IMG/VR virus record: IMGVR_UViG_3300037485_001666
Span: 1 to 50,811 of that record
Strand: one strand, 5' to 3'
DNA length: 50,811 nt
Source of the DNA: a virus
Lineage: Duplodnaviria > Caudoviricetes
The translations under genes were made by a program, and so were the position numbers. Every line of letters starts with the position of its first letter. Position 1 is the first letter of the stretch. The notes under the pieces were generated by a model that was not told where the DNA came from, searched no databases, and saw only the letters and a list, made by a program, of their open reading frames with translations. Positions 1 through 10,584 of this stretch are shown piece by piece.

Positions 1-251
1 AGAAGCCGTTCGGTGGGTGAGCTCCTGGCACAACGGCGGAACGATTCAACCCCTCCACTTTGCAGGTGGCGGACCGGTTCCTGGGTTCGGTTTTACGGAC
101 TCCGTCCCAGCTATGTTGACTCCCGGAGAACACGTCCTCACACAGTCTCAGACAGCCGCTATGCAAGCAGGCCAGCTCGGGGGAACAACGATCAACATTC
201 ACATCGCCCCTAACGCTGACGTGTCCGAAAACGCGATTCGCCGATACCTCG
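1..251. repeat. Terminal direct repeat, left copy (circularisation overlap)
   Basis: 1-251 matches 50561-50811 except C124 vs A50684 (CCC/CCA, synonymous Pro in the tape-measure frame). Confidence 0.97.
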
Positions 252-334
252 TTCCCGCTGTCATCGACGCCATCGACAGGAACACGACGAACGGCAGGCG
301 GTTTGTCAACGGACGTGGAGTGTACGGCACATGA
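1..334 (+). CDS. Tape measure protein, C-terminal end (continues from 46758 across the junction)
   Basis: ORF 17..334 is in frame with the ORF opened at 46758. It carries the FAGGGPV...TDSVPAMLTPGEHVL motif typical of tape-measure C-termini. Stop at 332-334 overlaps the next ATG. Confidence 0.9.
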   Translation, partial: EAVRWVSSWHNGGTIQPLHFAGGGPVPGFGFTDSVPAMLTPGEHVLTQSQTAAMQAGQLGGTTINIHIAPNADVSENAIRRYLVPAVIDAIDRNTTNGRRFVNGRGVYGT

Positions 335-1296
335 CCGATCCAGTGCTCCGATGGAAAGAAGACAACCCAGGCTACTCTGGCCTCCAGTGGGCAGAGAGCC
401 GTTGGCCTTTTGTTCACGAGGTTCCTGGCATCAATTTAATGTGGAGAGTTTCAATGTACAATATGACTCAGATGAGAATCCTGTGGGAGTTCGGCAGCGA
501 CGGAATCGAGTACGCCAACTTCGACAAATCCAGCGAGGCAAGCAACGATCACGAAATCGTCAACATCAAAAGTGACATCGTGGAAAAGACTTGGCGGTCC
601 ACGGGGTGCGCCTCCGAGTGGGTCCAGTGGGACGCCGGAGCTGGAAACACGATCGCCATCGACACGTTCGCGCTCATCAACACGAACTTCTCACCCACGG
701 CTGTTCTCACGCTCCTGGCCTACGGGACGGGTTCAGACGATGCTCCCGCTGATTGGGGAGTGTCAGGAATTCCGATAGCGACCATCGCCATGCCCACGGA
801 CGAAACTGAGGACAACGTCATTTGGTGCAATCCAGGCGCGCCCCCATTCACTGCCTATCGTCACTGGAGATTAGTCATCGAAGACCCGTCCAACACGGAT
901 GGATTTGTCGAAATTGGTCGACTGATTGGCGGTGAGGCGTTCGTGTTCGACAGCGAGAACTGCACAAAAGACATTGAGTTCGGTTTCAAGAACTTCAAGA
1001 ACGAAGTCAACCTCAATGGCTTCACCTCTGCCAGCAACAATCGCGCTCTCAAAAAACATCTGCGCCTGACCTTCCAGGACCTCAACGTCGTCTCGCAGGC
1101 GAACTATGGCGAATGGAACCGCATGGTCAAATACTGTAGGGACACTCTCAAGATGCTTGTCATAATCGATCCGACTGAGCCGTATCGATTCTCAGTCTTC
1201 TCGAAGCTCACGGAGATTCCATCTGAGAAGTCTCGATACGTCGATGCTTCAAACCTCTATGCAACCATCGCGGCCTCCTGGGACGAGGGGAGATAA
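331..1296 (+). CDS. Putative distal tail / tail-tip protein
   Basis: Directly after the tape measure with ATGA overlap. YRHWRLVIED...VEIGRL pattern as seen in tail proteins. Confidence 0.65.
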   Translation: MTDPVLRWKEDNPGYSGLQWAESRWPFVHEVPGINLMWRVSMYNMTQMRILWEFGSDGIEYANFDKSSEASNDHEIVNIKSDIVEKTWRSTGCASEWVQWDAGAGNTIAIDTFALINTNFSPTAVLTLLAYGTGSDDAPADWGVSGIPIATIAMPTDETEDNVIWCNPGAPPFTAYRHWRLVIEDPSNTDGFVEIGRLIGGEAFVFDSENCTKDIEFGFKNFKNEVNLNGFTSASNNRALKKHLRLTFQDLNVVSQANYGEWNRMVKYCRDTLKMLVIIDPTEPYRFSVFSKLTEIPSEKSRYVDASNLYATIAASWDEGR

Positions 1297-1298
1297 CC

Positions 1299-3158
1299 AT
1301 GACAAGGATTCCAGTAGCCAATGACCGACGTGTGGATTCTTGGCGAAATGCAACCACCATGGATTTTACTCTGCGAAAGGAATCCTTTCTCGGCACAGAG
1401 ACCAAAATCAACTTCATCGTCACCATAGAGCTTTCAAATTCAAATGACACCCTATACTTTGCTGATAAACCTCTTTACATAGACGGCGTCTACTACGAGT
1501 CCAGATTGAAGATTCCGGAAATCAAGAACCAGTTGTCCGATTTGTTGGAGCCGTCGATTGAAGCGTCAGAAGTTACGCTGACCCTAGATAACTCAGACGG
1601 ATTCTACAACGATTATCTCGTAGGTGGAACCAAGTACACGTCCTTTGTGGGTAGCATCGTCAAAGTTTACTATGGTGTTGGCGATGTTCTTTCCACTGGC
1701 TACATCCGTGTCTTTTGGGGACAGGTGCATCAAGAGGGTGCCGTCACCAGGAACGTAAAGACCCTCACCGTGCGAGCGCGAGACGTGTTGTCCATCTACG
1801 TTGGAACGAAACTCACACCCGAAATAATCCTAACGGACGTTGGCATTCCAGCCGTTGACATCAAGCTGACAGAGAAGAAGACCTGGCCCTACATGATTGG
1901 CGACTGGAGCGTAGACAGGAACGCAGACACGACGTTCCCTGATTCCAGCAACGGCAACACAAACAACGTGCGACAGGTAAGCGTCGTTGAAGGCTTCGAG
2001 GGTGTTTACCTGGGAACGTACAATTTCGACGGCCAGGGGGCTGTGGGCGAGAATGGGGTGTCGTTTTCGGGAACCCTGCACGTCGTTGCTGTTTGTAATG
2101 CCGTTGCATCGACACACCACATGCACCTTGTCACGGACGGCGAAGGAACGGCCAAGCTACGGCCACACAATTTTGTCGTCCAGGATGACAGGCTCATTTC
2201 CATTGGCAACGACATGTACGACTTCTGGACAGGTCCAGATACAACGGGTGTTCTCAAGTATTATGTGTTCGATACGTCATGGCAGAGTGCTCTTGCTGAA
2301 GTTCAATATGAGTGGAAGTCGGGTGACAAGTTTCTGTTCCTGACCTACCCAGCAGATGATGCAGACGTCTGCACCTATGACGATCCAGTGTCTGCTGCAA
2401 AGATTCTCATGAAGACCTTTGCCAATCTTGACGATGCAGCCTTCGATGGGTTCTCATGGTCTGAATACACGACTGCCGCGCAAAGATTCCGGTGGGGATA
2501 TTTCGAGTCAGAGGCTAAGCCACTCATTGAAATAGCTCTGAGTTTTCTCAAGCAACACCGTCTTGACATGTTCCTAACCAAGGACGTGACGTTCAAGCTG
2601 ACGTCTCTCAAGACAGAAGTTCTTCCAACGGTTGCTGTTATTCGCCAAGTCGAGAATCTCGACATCGATGAAGACTCGGTTCAACTAGAGACTCTCCGCA
2701 AGGAGCACATGAATTATGCCCAAGGTAAATACAACTTCCTGCCGTTCTATCGACAGACTATTGACTCAACTCCAGTGCGCACGAACTATCAGTCCCTCAA
2801 CCGTGCCTTCATTAGCGTAGGCAAATTGATCGATATGCCCAACCATTCAGACCTGACTATTGTTCAGGAGCATATCGACGAGTGGTTGAGGCTCCTTGGT
2901 GCAGGGCTTGAGTTTGTAGACATGAAGGTCAGCTACAAACATATCGACATCGAGCCTGGAGAGTTCATCTCAGTGACATTCTCGCCAGGGTTCCATGTGT
3001 TTGACAATGCTCCCATGCAGGTCAGAAGCGTGTCGATTGACCCTCAGTCAGCCTTCATTGAGATTCGTTGCTTGGGTCTAGCCAATTACGCGTGGACGGC
3101 CTACGAACCTGCGAACGTTGCCTTGCTCCTTTCCACATCAAGCGCGGGGATATCCTGA
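1299..3158 (+). CDS. Putative tail-tip hub (Tal-like) protein
   Basis: 619 aa in tail-module synteny. LTLDNSDG, VKVYYG and IEPGEFISV motifs typical of hub proteins. Confidence 0.6.
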   Translation: MTRIPVANDRRVDSWRNATTMDFTLRKESFLGTETKINFIVTIELSNSNDTLYFADKPLYIDGVYYESRLKIPEIKNQLSDLLEPSIEASEVTLTLDNSDGFYNDYLVGGTKYTSFVGSIVKVYYGVGDVLSTGYIRVFWGQVHQEGAVTRNVKTLTVRARDVLSIYVGTKLTPEIILTDVGIPAVDIKLTEKKTWPYMIGDWSVDRNADTTFPDSSNGNTNNVRQVSVVEGFEGVYLGTYNFDGQGAVGENGVSFSGTLHVVAVCNAVASTHHMHLVTDGEGTAKLRPHNFVVQDDRLISIGNDMYDFWTGPDTTGVLKYYVFDTSWQSALAEVQYEWKSGDKFLFLTYPADDADVCTYDDPVSAAKILMKTFANLDDAAFDGFSWSEYTTAAQRFRWGYFESEAKPLIEIALSFLKQHRLDMFLTKDVTFKLTSLKTEVLPTVAVIRQVENLDIDEDSVQLETLRKEHMNYAQGKYNFLPFYRQTIDSTPVRTNYQSLNRAFISVGKLIDMPNHSDLTIVQEHIDEWLRLLGAGLEFVDMKVSYKHIDIEPGEFISVTFSPGFHVFDNAPMQVRSVSIDPQSAFIEIRCLGLANYAWTAYEPANVALLLSTSSAGIS

Positions 3159-3742
3159 TGGGTCACTTGTGGGTGCGTCTCAATTCAGACGAGACGATCA
3201 GATATCGCCAACGCCTTTACACGGGCCTGTTCGCGTATGGACTCAACTTCGGACAAATCCAGGATGGCCAAACGAGCGCGGAGATTGACCTGTGGGTGTA
3301 CCACACATATCAATACCTAATTCGAGACGTGGTTTATTGGGTAGAGCCTACGTTCTTGCACCCATACGGCGGTGACTATTCCCCTCGTTCCGACCATGCG
3401 GAAATCATCGCGGACGGTGAGGACGACGTTGGGTTTCAGATCGAGGAAGACCCGGACGCCGTTGTTCCGTTCGCGTCGCCCATCATTCCATACGACGGAT
3501 TTATGGACAAAAAGACCAATGCCCGAACAGTGCCTGCGGTGAGCATGAGGCGCACGAATCCGCAACCCGAGACCGTTCCACCGGTTGCGACGGATGGAAT
3601 CATTGGCGAGTCAGGGAACGAGTTTTACGGGGATGCCGCTCATCTCAAGGTTCGCATGGTCCTGGGTGCGCAGGGACGTCATCTCCTCGGCAGAAGAATG
3701 CTTGGTCTCCGTTTCGCCTACACATACGAAGCTCCATCATAA
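3158..3742 (+). CDS. Putative minor tail protein
   Basis: TGATG coupling to the upstream gene (start MGHLWVRL); tail-module position. Confidence 0.5.
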   Translation: MGHLWVRLNSDETIRYRQRLYTGLFAYGLNFGQIQDGQTSAEIDLWVYHTYQYLIRDVVYWVEPTFLHPYGGDYSPRSDHAEIIADGEDDVGFQIEEDPDAVVPFASPIIPYDGFMDKKTNARTVPAVSMRRTNPQPETVPPVATDGIIGESGNEFYGDAAHLKVRMVLGAQGRHLLGRRMLGLRFAYTYEAPS

Positions 3743-3752
3743 GGACATTGCG

Positions 3753-5834
3753 ATGACAAAGACAACGACACCGACCGGACGTCTCAAACTGGAAACTCCC
3801 GACTATCACTACGACGTGGACGACGACTACGGCTTGGCGTTGTTCAACACACTGACGTCTGCCTGGGAGCATCTTTCAGACAACATCGGCACCAGGTGGT
3901 TTTCCCAGCAGACCGTTGCCGTCGGCGCGCTTCTGTCCTTTGATCACAATTTCGGTTTGCATCTTACGAAACTCATGCTCTATTACCACCAGGACGGAAG
4001 TCAGTTGACAAAGGCCGAGGCTGCGGCCAAGTTCTCAGCCTATTATGTCAACACGGATACCATCACCATCGAGAGTCTTTCGAGCGTTGAGGAGACCTTC
4101 GACCTCACGATTCTCTCTTGGAAGTTCGACAACGACTCTCAGATTGACCTCGATGCCTTGGAACGCCTCACAGCCAACCGTGCTTTGAAATCTGGAAGCG
4201 GTGGCGGAATTGAAGCATCGGACGTGACAGCAACGGAACTTGGATATCTGGATGGTGCCAGTTCCAACATCCAATTACAAATCAACATGCTCACATCTGC
4301 CAATGTTGACTCAAACGAATTGACAGGATTCTATGACACCATTGTTCCACTTGCTTATGATGCGGACACAAGAATATGCACAGTCGGCGATGGTAATCCT
4401 TTTCTTTTGTGGCTGGCAGGAACGCGATACACAAGAACATCAGACACGGCGCAAGCAACGGCGTCGGACGGAGATCATTTCTTTGTTTATGATGTGAGCG
4501 CGGCTGGAAGTCTCAGTGTTTCCCAAACCGTGTTTGATTTTTCGTCGGAAGCGCAAGTGCTTTATGTTCGGGCGAACGCGGCGTGCAGTCCCACAAGCTA
4601 CGCGGTGCGAGAGACTCACGGCTTGATGCCTTGGCAAGCACACCTTCAAATGCACGAGGCGGAAGGCACCTATCGTGGGACGGGATTTGTGTTCACTGGC
4701 TACACGGTTGACAGCACAACGGCACCGAACAGCGACAACCCGACCGATGCCGAGAACACGTTCGCGATCTCTTCTGGAATACCGATTGATGAAGACTTAC
4801 GCGATAGTCTAGCGGCGTTCTCTGATGGAAATGGAACTGGCGCGAATCACACCCATGTCTATGCGGAAGGCTCGCCAGCCTTGATGACATGGAGTGTCGG
4901 GAATAACTTCTGTTTTCCCTATGCCACATATCCAAAATACAACAAGAACACGTCGGGAACGTGGTCACTCACAGAGATGACAACGCCAACGATTGCAGCG
5001 CCAAGATGGATCAATATCTTTGTTGCTGTCCAATTGGCGCTTGATGCTTCCTTTCAGCATTTATTTATTCCAGGGCAAAATGAATTCACTTCGTTGGTGG
5101 CAGCACAGGCGGAAACGTGGGACTCACTTGACAAGACTTGGCTAGTCGCCCCAGAGGTTTTGCCGATTGCAAAGTTCACTTTGCGCGGCCACAACAACGG
5201 ATGGACTGGCACGGGCGCATGTCGCATTGAATCCTTTGAGAACATTTACGGAACGAAGAATGCAAGGCTAGCTGTATCAAGTGGAAGTGCTATTACCAAT
5301 CTTTCGATTTCTGGCGCGTTGGCTTGGCAGACAAACGAGGCTTACGCTATCGGGCAAGTGGTGCTTTATGCCAACATGTTGTGGGAGTGTATTGTTTCCC
5401 ACACGTCAAGCGCGGCGTTCTTAACTGACTTTGGCAATGCCTCGCCACGGTGGATCAACATCAACGCCAAAGTCCAGAACAGACAAGACAACACAAGCGC
5501 GGTGCGCGACAACTACGCGGCCGATGCTTTCCCCTCGGTCAGCAATTTACAGTCGGCGACTTTTACGTTCGCAAGCACAAATGCAATTGAGTTCCTTCTC
5601 ACCCTTTCCACCGGGGAAGGCATTCTTGTGGGGTGCGACTACAAGGCAGCGACGGTCAACGCTATCTCCGATCCGAACGGCGTTGCCTTGTTCACCGATG
5701 CGGGCGTTGGGATCGTCGTCACGAAGGGCGCGAACTCGGCGGTCATCACCATAAAAAATCGAACAGGCGGTGCCGTGGGCATCGGTGTCCTGGCAATCCG
5801 AGGGAACATATCAGCGGCGACGGCTTGGGCATAA
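3753..5834 (+). CDS. Putative tail fibre / virion structural protein
   Basis: AAGGA SD before ATG 3753. Ser/Thr/Ala-rich; LTANRAL..SDVTATELGYLDG motif; WQTNEAYAIGQVVLY...LWEC resembles a small carbohydrate-binding module. Confidence 0.65.
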   Translation: MTKTTTPTGRLKLETPDYHYDVDDDYGLALFNTLTSAWEHLSDNIGTRWFSQQTVAVGALLSFDHNFGLHLTKLMLYYHQDGSQLTKAEAAAKFSAYYVNTDTITIESLSSVEETFDLTILSWKFDNDSQIDLDALERLTANRALKSGSGGGIEASDVTATELGYLDGASSNIQLQINMLTSANVDSNELTGFYDTIVPLAYDADTRICTVGDGNPFLLWLAGTRYTRTSDTAQATASDGDHFFVYDVSAAGSLSVSQTVFDFSSEAQVLYVRANAACSPTSYAVRETHGLMPWQAHLQMHEAEGTYRGTGFVFTGYTVDSTTAPNSDNPTDAENTFAISSGIPIDEDLRDSLAAFSDGNGTGANHTHVYAEGSPALMTWSVGNNFCFPYATYPKYNKNTSGTWSLTEMTTPTIAAPRWINIFVAVQLALDASFQHLFIPGQNEFTSLVAAQAETWDSLDKTWLVAPEVLPIAKFTLRGHNNGWTGTGACRIESFENIYGTKNARLAVSSGSAITNLSISGALAWQTNEAYAIGQVVLYANMLWECIVSHTSSAAFLTDFGNASPRWININAKVQNRQDNTSAVRDNYAADAFPSVSNLQSATFTFASTNAIEFLLTLSTGEGILVGCDYKAATVNAISDPNGVALFTDAGVGIVVTKGANSAVITIKNRTGGAVGIGVLAIRGNISAATAWA

Positions 5835-5847
5835 GGGAGGTCTTAGA

Positions 5848-8295
5848 ATGGCAGCATGGAATGAGCTAGTCAGTTTGAACAAAGGCGTCGTCCTTGGAAT
5901 TCTAACCGCTTCCGTTGCGGGTGGCATCGGTCTGATGTCGAACATTATGAAGGTCCACGCGGGTAGTTCTGGCGGTGCCTTGTGTCACACCGATGGAACA
6001 CAGGTTGTCGGGTGGACTGATATCGCGGTGTCGATGGCCAAGCCACTCACCATCACTTACACATCGGGACTCACAAGCCTTGCTCTTCGCGCAACGGGCG
6101 GTGCTACCGCGTTCAACGCCTTCGTGACAGAGGACACGGGTGTCAGGTTTGAATCCTACGAAAGCACGTCGGCGCGGATTTATGACTTCCGAACGTACAT
6201 CGGCGGCGATATAAACAGCATCCTGATAAGCAACACGACGGGCGGTTGGACGTTTCCAATAAACACAACATACACCATCGGAAATGTTACGACGGAAGCT
6301 GCAACAATCCTGTCAATAATATCCGGCGGAACAAACAGCGTAACTAGAATCGGCCTATATCCAAAAGGAACCGGCTACGCTCAGATCGTGAACTATACCG
6401 TGGGCAAGACCACCTACTTTTCTTGTTCAAATGCTTCATCCGCTGATACCGATGCCGGATACTACACAAGCGTAGGCGGATGGGTTTTCGGCTATTCACC
6501 TAACAGCGAACAGTTACATTATTTCTATGGTAGACGGCTTTATCTATCCACAGAAAGCGCAACGGCAAGCGATAGCAATACTGCAATTTGGTACACTCGA
6601 TTAGGTCAATCAACTAACCTCGGAACGGTATATGCAAACCAAATCACGTTGATCAAATCCACATCGGAAGATACAGGCACGGTTCCCATTACGCAATACA
6701 TGACGTTCGTGCCGAACGTTGGAACCATTGCAACACGTCCATTGTATGCTTGGTACAACTACACAACGAAGATGATGGAACTAGCGGCTAACGGAACCTG
6801 TTCAATAAATTGTACGTCGGGATATTCGCTGATAGTTACGAAATCAAATGACGCTCCTGCGGTGAAAATAACTGGAAAGGCAGGAGACTCAAATGATTTT
6901 GTGTTGGGAACAGACACGGGCGCAACGACTGCGAAGCGGTTTAATATCTATGCGAATAATGCTAGCACTATTTTGTTCGGAACAAATCAACTTGGCTCAT
7001 GCCAGTTAGGTATATCAACATCCAACGACGCATTGACTCACATCGCCTACGGTTCTCTTTTCGTGGGAGATGTTGGCGCATTCTCAACGGTAAACTATCG
7101 CAACATGGGAAACACTTCGGGAGGATTCCTTCTTGGCAATGGCAGGCGAGACTCATATCTGTACGCCGGTGGATACTATAATGGGTCACAATGGATAGCC
7201 AAGCAACAGAATATCGGCATCACATATTGCACGATCTATGGGCCTTCCGCTGAATCGTCATATTGCTTTACGGTCAATAAGTTCACAGATTCAACCGCGA
7301 CAGATTACACCTTCGCGGCAGGAACTTCACTAGTAACCTCAACGGAATTGTTTGCTGTTTATGCCGAAGGATCGATCACGGTCGGTTCAATCGTAGCGGC
7401 ATATCGTACCTATTACGGCTATTCGTCATCCTATCGATGTATGCAGATTGGGCCAACAATATCTAGCACTCAATCAATATCCTTGGGATGCAATCCAAGC
7501 ACGATGGCAACGGGTGGATTCAACGGTGATCACATTATCATTCCATACAACATATCCATGATAGCGGCTAACGTAGCGGGCAATGCGTTTTATGGGATTC
7601 TCAGGCATGACGGAACATCCCTCTACATAGGCGGTTCAAACTATTCTGTACCAACGGCAACTGCGATCAAAATAACGGCAGCGACGGGCGCGGTATGGAT
7701 GGGTCCGGCCGTAGGCGGTGTTACCAATTATCTATTCGGTGTCACTTGGATCGATAATAGCGGTTCGTCCGGAGGAGCGGCGTATCTCGTTTTGAACGCA
7801 AAGACTGACGCACAACCCAACTTGTACTTCTTTGAAAACGGCGGGCAGAAGTGGCGCATGTACAATGATGCCACAAATGATAGGCTTTACATCTCGGATG
7901 CGGACGAGTCAGCGGGCGCATACATGCCACAGAATACCGCAGGGTGGACGGGATATTCTGATATCCGTTTGAAGCGTAGGGACAGCATCAAGCCACTTGT
8001 CGATTGCCTTGCTACGGTCTGCCAGATCGATCCAGTGTACTATCTGTTTAAGACTGACCACGAACACGCGACACCACGGCAAGGATTTATCGCGCAAGAT
8101 GTGTTTAAGGTTTTCCCCTACGCGGTGGATATTGGATGCACGGTGAACTGTATGTGGGGCATCACTCCCACAAACTTTATACCTCTTCTTGTCGGGTCCA
8201 CAAAAGAACTGTATCGTCATTTGAAGAATCTTGAGTCAGAGAATATTGCCTTGCGTTCCCGGATCGAAACACTTGAAAGGAGACTAGCAGCATGA
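5848..8295 (+). CDS. Tail fibre/spike with C-terminal intramolecular chaperone (peptidase S74-like)
   Basis: GGGAGG SD before ATG 5848. Beta-rich Gly/Thr/Ser body; C-terminal SDIRLK...GFIAQDV..VFPYAV followed by a coiled coil. Confidence 0.88.
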   Translation: MAAWNELVSLNKGVVLGILTASVAGGIGLMSNIMKVHAGSSGGALCHTDGTQVVGWTDIAVSMAKPLTITYTSGLTSLALRATGGATAFNAFVTEDTGVRFESYESTSARIYDFRTYIGGDINSILISNTTGGWTFPINTTYTIGNVTTEAATILSIISGGTNSVTRIGLYPKGTGYAQIVNYTVGKTTYFSCSNASSADTDAGYYTSVGGWVFGYSPNSEQLHYFYGRRLYLSTESATASDSNTAIWYTRLGQSTNLGTVYANQITLIKSTSEDTGTVPITQYMTFVPNVGTIATRPLYAWYNYTTKMMELAANGTCSINCTSGYSLIVTKSNDAPAVKITGKAGDSNDFVLGTDTGATTAKRFNIYANNASTILFGTNQLGSCQLGISTSNDALTHIAYGSLFVGDVGAFSTVNYRNMGNTSGGFLLGNGRRDSYLYAGGYYNGSQWIAKQQNIGITYCTIYGPSAESSYCFTVNKFTDSTATDYTFAAGTSLVTSTELFAVYAEGSITVGSIVAAYRTYYGYSSSYRCMQIGPTISSTQSISLGCNPSTMATGGFNGDHIIIPYNISMIAANVAGNAFYGILRHDGTSLYIGGSNYSVPTATAIKITAATGAVWMGPAVGGVTNYLFGVTWIDNSGSSGGAAYLVLNAKTDAQPNLYFFENGGQKWRMYNDATNDRLYISDADESAGAYMPQNTAGWTGYSDIRLKRRDSIKPLVDCLATVCQIDPVYYLFKTDHEHATPRQGFIAQDVFKVFPYAVDIGCTVNCMWGITPTNFIPLLVGSTKELYRHLKNLESENIALRSRIETLERRLAA

Positions 8296-8750
8296 TTCCA
8301 GAAGAAGGTATCTCACCAGTAGACAAGAAGGACGAGAAGAAGAAGAACGAAATTGACTTGTCGTTCGTTCCCGTATCACCCGATGGCACAAAGATTTTCG
8401 ACACTGAACCCATCAAGGACGCGAATGGAAATGATCTGATTCGAGGTGATGGGCGCGTTCATGTAAAGGAAATTGGCGAACCCAAGACCATGCTTCATTT
8501 CTGTTTCATGGCATTGAAGGCTGGCATCGAAAGCGACAAAGACAAAGGCATTGACGAAGTGCGGAAGTGCATGAGACTTATCCGCCGTCTGGAAAAGTAT
8601 GGTGATAAACCGATCGCACTTAAGACAGACAACTGGCAATATATCAGGGACAGAATGCTCAAGGTTTCCCCTGGACTTCGCTATATCGTGGGGCAGTTCG
8701 ATATCCTCATTGAAGGCGAACCAAGCGACGAGGAATTGGCGACACTCTAA
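8292..8750 (+). CDS. Hypothetical protein (possible tail fibre assembly factor)
   Basis: ATGA-coupled to the fibre gene; 152 aa, charged. Confidence 0.5.
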   Translation: MIPEEGISPVDKKDEKKKNEIDLSFVPVSPDGTKIFDTEPIKDANGNDLIRGDGRVHVKEIGEPKTMLHFCFMALKAGIESDKDKGIDEVRKCMRLIRRLEKYGDKPIALKTDNWQYIRDRMLKVSPGLRYIVGQFDILIEGEPSDEELATL

Positions 8751-8761
8751 CGAGGTGGAAC

Positions 8762-8986
8762 GTGGTCAAAGAAGTCATCACCGCAGGTCAGATCGTTTCC
8801 GTTGTTCTCGTTCCCGTGATCAGCGGTCTTTGTGGCATTGGCGTTGCGCTTGGCTTCAAAGTCCATGAGTCACTGACAGAGATACAGACCCACGTCGGCG
8901 CAATCGAACGAACACTGTCTGTTCTGCAAACGCGATATGAGATAGAATCTATCAACTGGAATCAACATCTAAAGGAACCAAAATGA
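8762..8986 (+). CDS. Putative holin-like membrane protein
   Basis: 74 aa with one hydrophobic helix then a coiled-coil-like segment; immediately precedes the endolysin. Confidence 0.5.
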   Translation: MVKEVITAGQIVSVVLVPVISGLCGIGVALGFKVHESLTEIQTHVGAIERTLSVLQTRYEIESINWNQHLKEPK

Positions 8987-10473
8987 GTTACGTCAAGCTA
9001 TTTGAGAATGGCGCTATCGTTGAAATCCACGAGTCAGGCAGGCCGCTGAAGTCCGCAACATGCAACGTCGGCAACGGTCGGGAATGCCGACTTGCGGCCA
9101 ACATCCTCACGTCAATGATGCAAACCTCAAAGACCTTTTGTCTCGGCCAACCCGATGAACTCCCACCTGCGATCGTTCCAAAGACCACTTGGCGCAAGGT
9201 GGCGCACTCTTACATCAACGGCGGCGACAACTCCAAACCGCCAGAAATCTATTTCTCCGAAGGCGGCTACGTGCGGATTGTCAGCGATGGAGATATCGAC
9301 GCTGACGGCTCACCGAGGGCGCTTGAAATCGATCCAGGCAACGGCCAATTGGAAACGGCACTCGGCAAAGACAACGGGTGGAAAGGTGGAACTGACTATG
9401 TGGACTCTGAAAAGATTCCCTACTTTGTTTTGCCGATGAACTTTGTCAGAGTTGGCGCGGGTGATCCGAAGCTCGGCGACATTGCACGGGTCACGAACTC
9501 ACGCGGCGGATTCATCTTTGCCATCCTTGCCGACAAAGGGCCGAACACCTTGTTGGGCGAGATATCGATCAAGCTCGCCGAAGCCTTGGGATTCAACCCA
9601 TGGAACAGCGACAAGACACAAATCGTTCGTGGGATTCCAATGGGCCTCACCTATGAGATCATGCCAGACAGCGCCAAGCTCTCACGGTGCAAGGATTATG
9701 CGAGCATTCAATCCTACGGCTACGAAGTCTTCGGCGGTGGTCTTCCTGACAGCGGCCGATCGTTCCCTCCCTTTGAAGCCGAGTCAGTTCCACCGGGCGG
9801 CGTCATTCCCAACAAGATTCCCTTCGCAGTCCAGTATAAGAACAAGATGAAAACCCACGGCGCGTATCCGGAAGGAATGCGCGGCGCGGTGGTTCACTTC
9901 ACGGCGGGCGAACCCGGAACGGGCATTATCGATTGGGGAATTCAACAGGGCTTTGCGTATCTCTACATTGATAGGGATGGCAAAATCTATCAGGCGCACA
10001 ACATCAACGAGTGGGGATATCACGCGGGTGTCAGCGCCAATCCGAAGCTGAAGGGATCAGTCACCGATGACTTGATTGGTATTGAGATCGCTTGCGCGGG
10101 CCGACTCCGTCCGGTCGCAGGAAGGGATCTTCTCGCTCCCTGGTTTGCCATCAAGGACGGCGCACCTTCCACGGGTGATCTTGATGTACAGTGGGTGAAA
10201 GAATCGCGATGTCTCCCCGCTTCGGAATGCCGATACGAAAGCCAGAACGACGAGGACAGTGTTGCCGGTTGGTACCACAAGTTCACTCGTGAGCAAGAAG
10301 ACACCTTGGTCAAAACACTTGGGTGGCTCAAGAACAACATTCCGACTTTTGACTGTGACCTGATCTTTTCTCACTTCGAGGTGGCGAAGCCAGTGGGCCG
10401 CAAGAACGACGTGTCCGGTGCGCTTGGCATGTCGATGGATCAACTTCGTGCATCCGTCAAGGCTCTGCCGTAG
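8983..10473 (+). CDS. Endolysin: GH75 chitosanase-like domain fused to Amidase_2 (N-acetylmuramoyl-L-alanine amidase)
   Basis: GH75-like motifs DIDADG, IPYFVLP, KLGDIARV, AILADKGP, GEISIKLAEALG. Amidase motifs VVHFTAG, YHAG, IGIEI, SHFEV..RKND. Confidence 0.82.
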   Translation: MSYVKLFENGAIVEIHESGRPLKSATCNVGNGRECRLAANILTSMMQTSKTFCLGQPDELPPAIVPKTTWRKVAHSYINGGDNSKPPEIYFSEGGYVRIVSDGDIDADGSPRALEIDPGNGQLETALGKDNGWKGGTDYVDSEKIPYFVLPMNFVRVGAGDPKLGDIARVTNSRGGFIFAILADKGPNTLLGEISIKLAEALGFNPWNSDKTQIVRGIPMGLTYEIMPDSAKLSRCKDYASIQSYGYEVFGGGLPDSGRSFPPFEAESVPPGGVIPNKIPFAVQYKNKMKTHGAYPEGMRGAVVHFTAGEPGTGIIDWGIQQGFAYLYIDRDGKIYQAHNINEWGYHAGVSANPKLKGSVTDDLIGIEIACAGRLRPVAGRDLLAPWFAIKDGAPSTGDLDVQWVKESRCLPASECRYESQNDEDSVAGWYHKFTREQEDTLVKTLGWLKNNIPTFDCDLIFSHFEVAKPVGRKNDVSGALGMSMDQLRASVKALP

Positions 10474-10584
10474 GACTTGCATTGGTGCTGTCTGGGTGAG
10501 ATGATCAACGTGTCATCAACCTTACAGGGTAGGAATTCGGCTTCATGCCTCGCGGCAAGGGGCCTTTGTTTTAGAGGTCACACA

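Noticed and set aside
1-251. Terminal repeat as a biological direct terminal repeat of the virion DNA
   Set aside because: It falls mid-gene in the tape measure, has a read-length-like size and carries a synonymous mismatch. An assembly overlap of a circular or permuted genome is more likely.
5848-8295. Diversity-generating retroelement acting on the tail fibre
   Set aside because: No reverse transcriptase and no adenine-variant template/variable repeat pair noticed.
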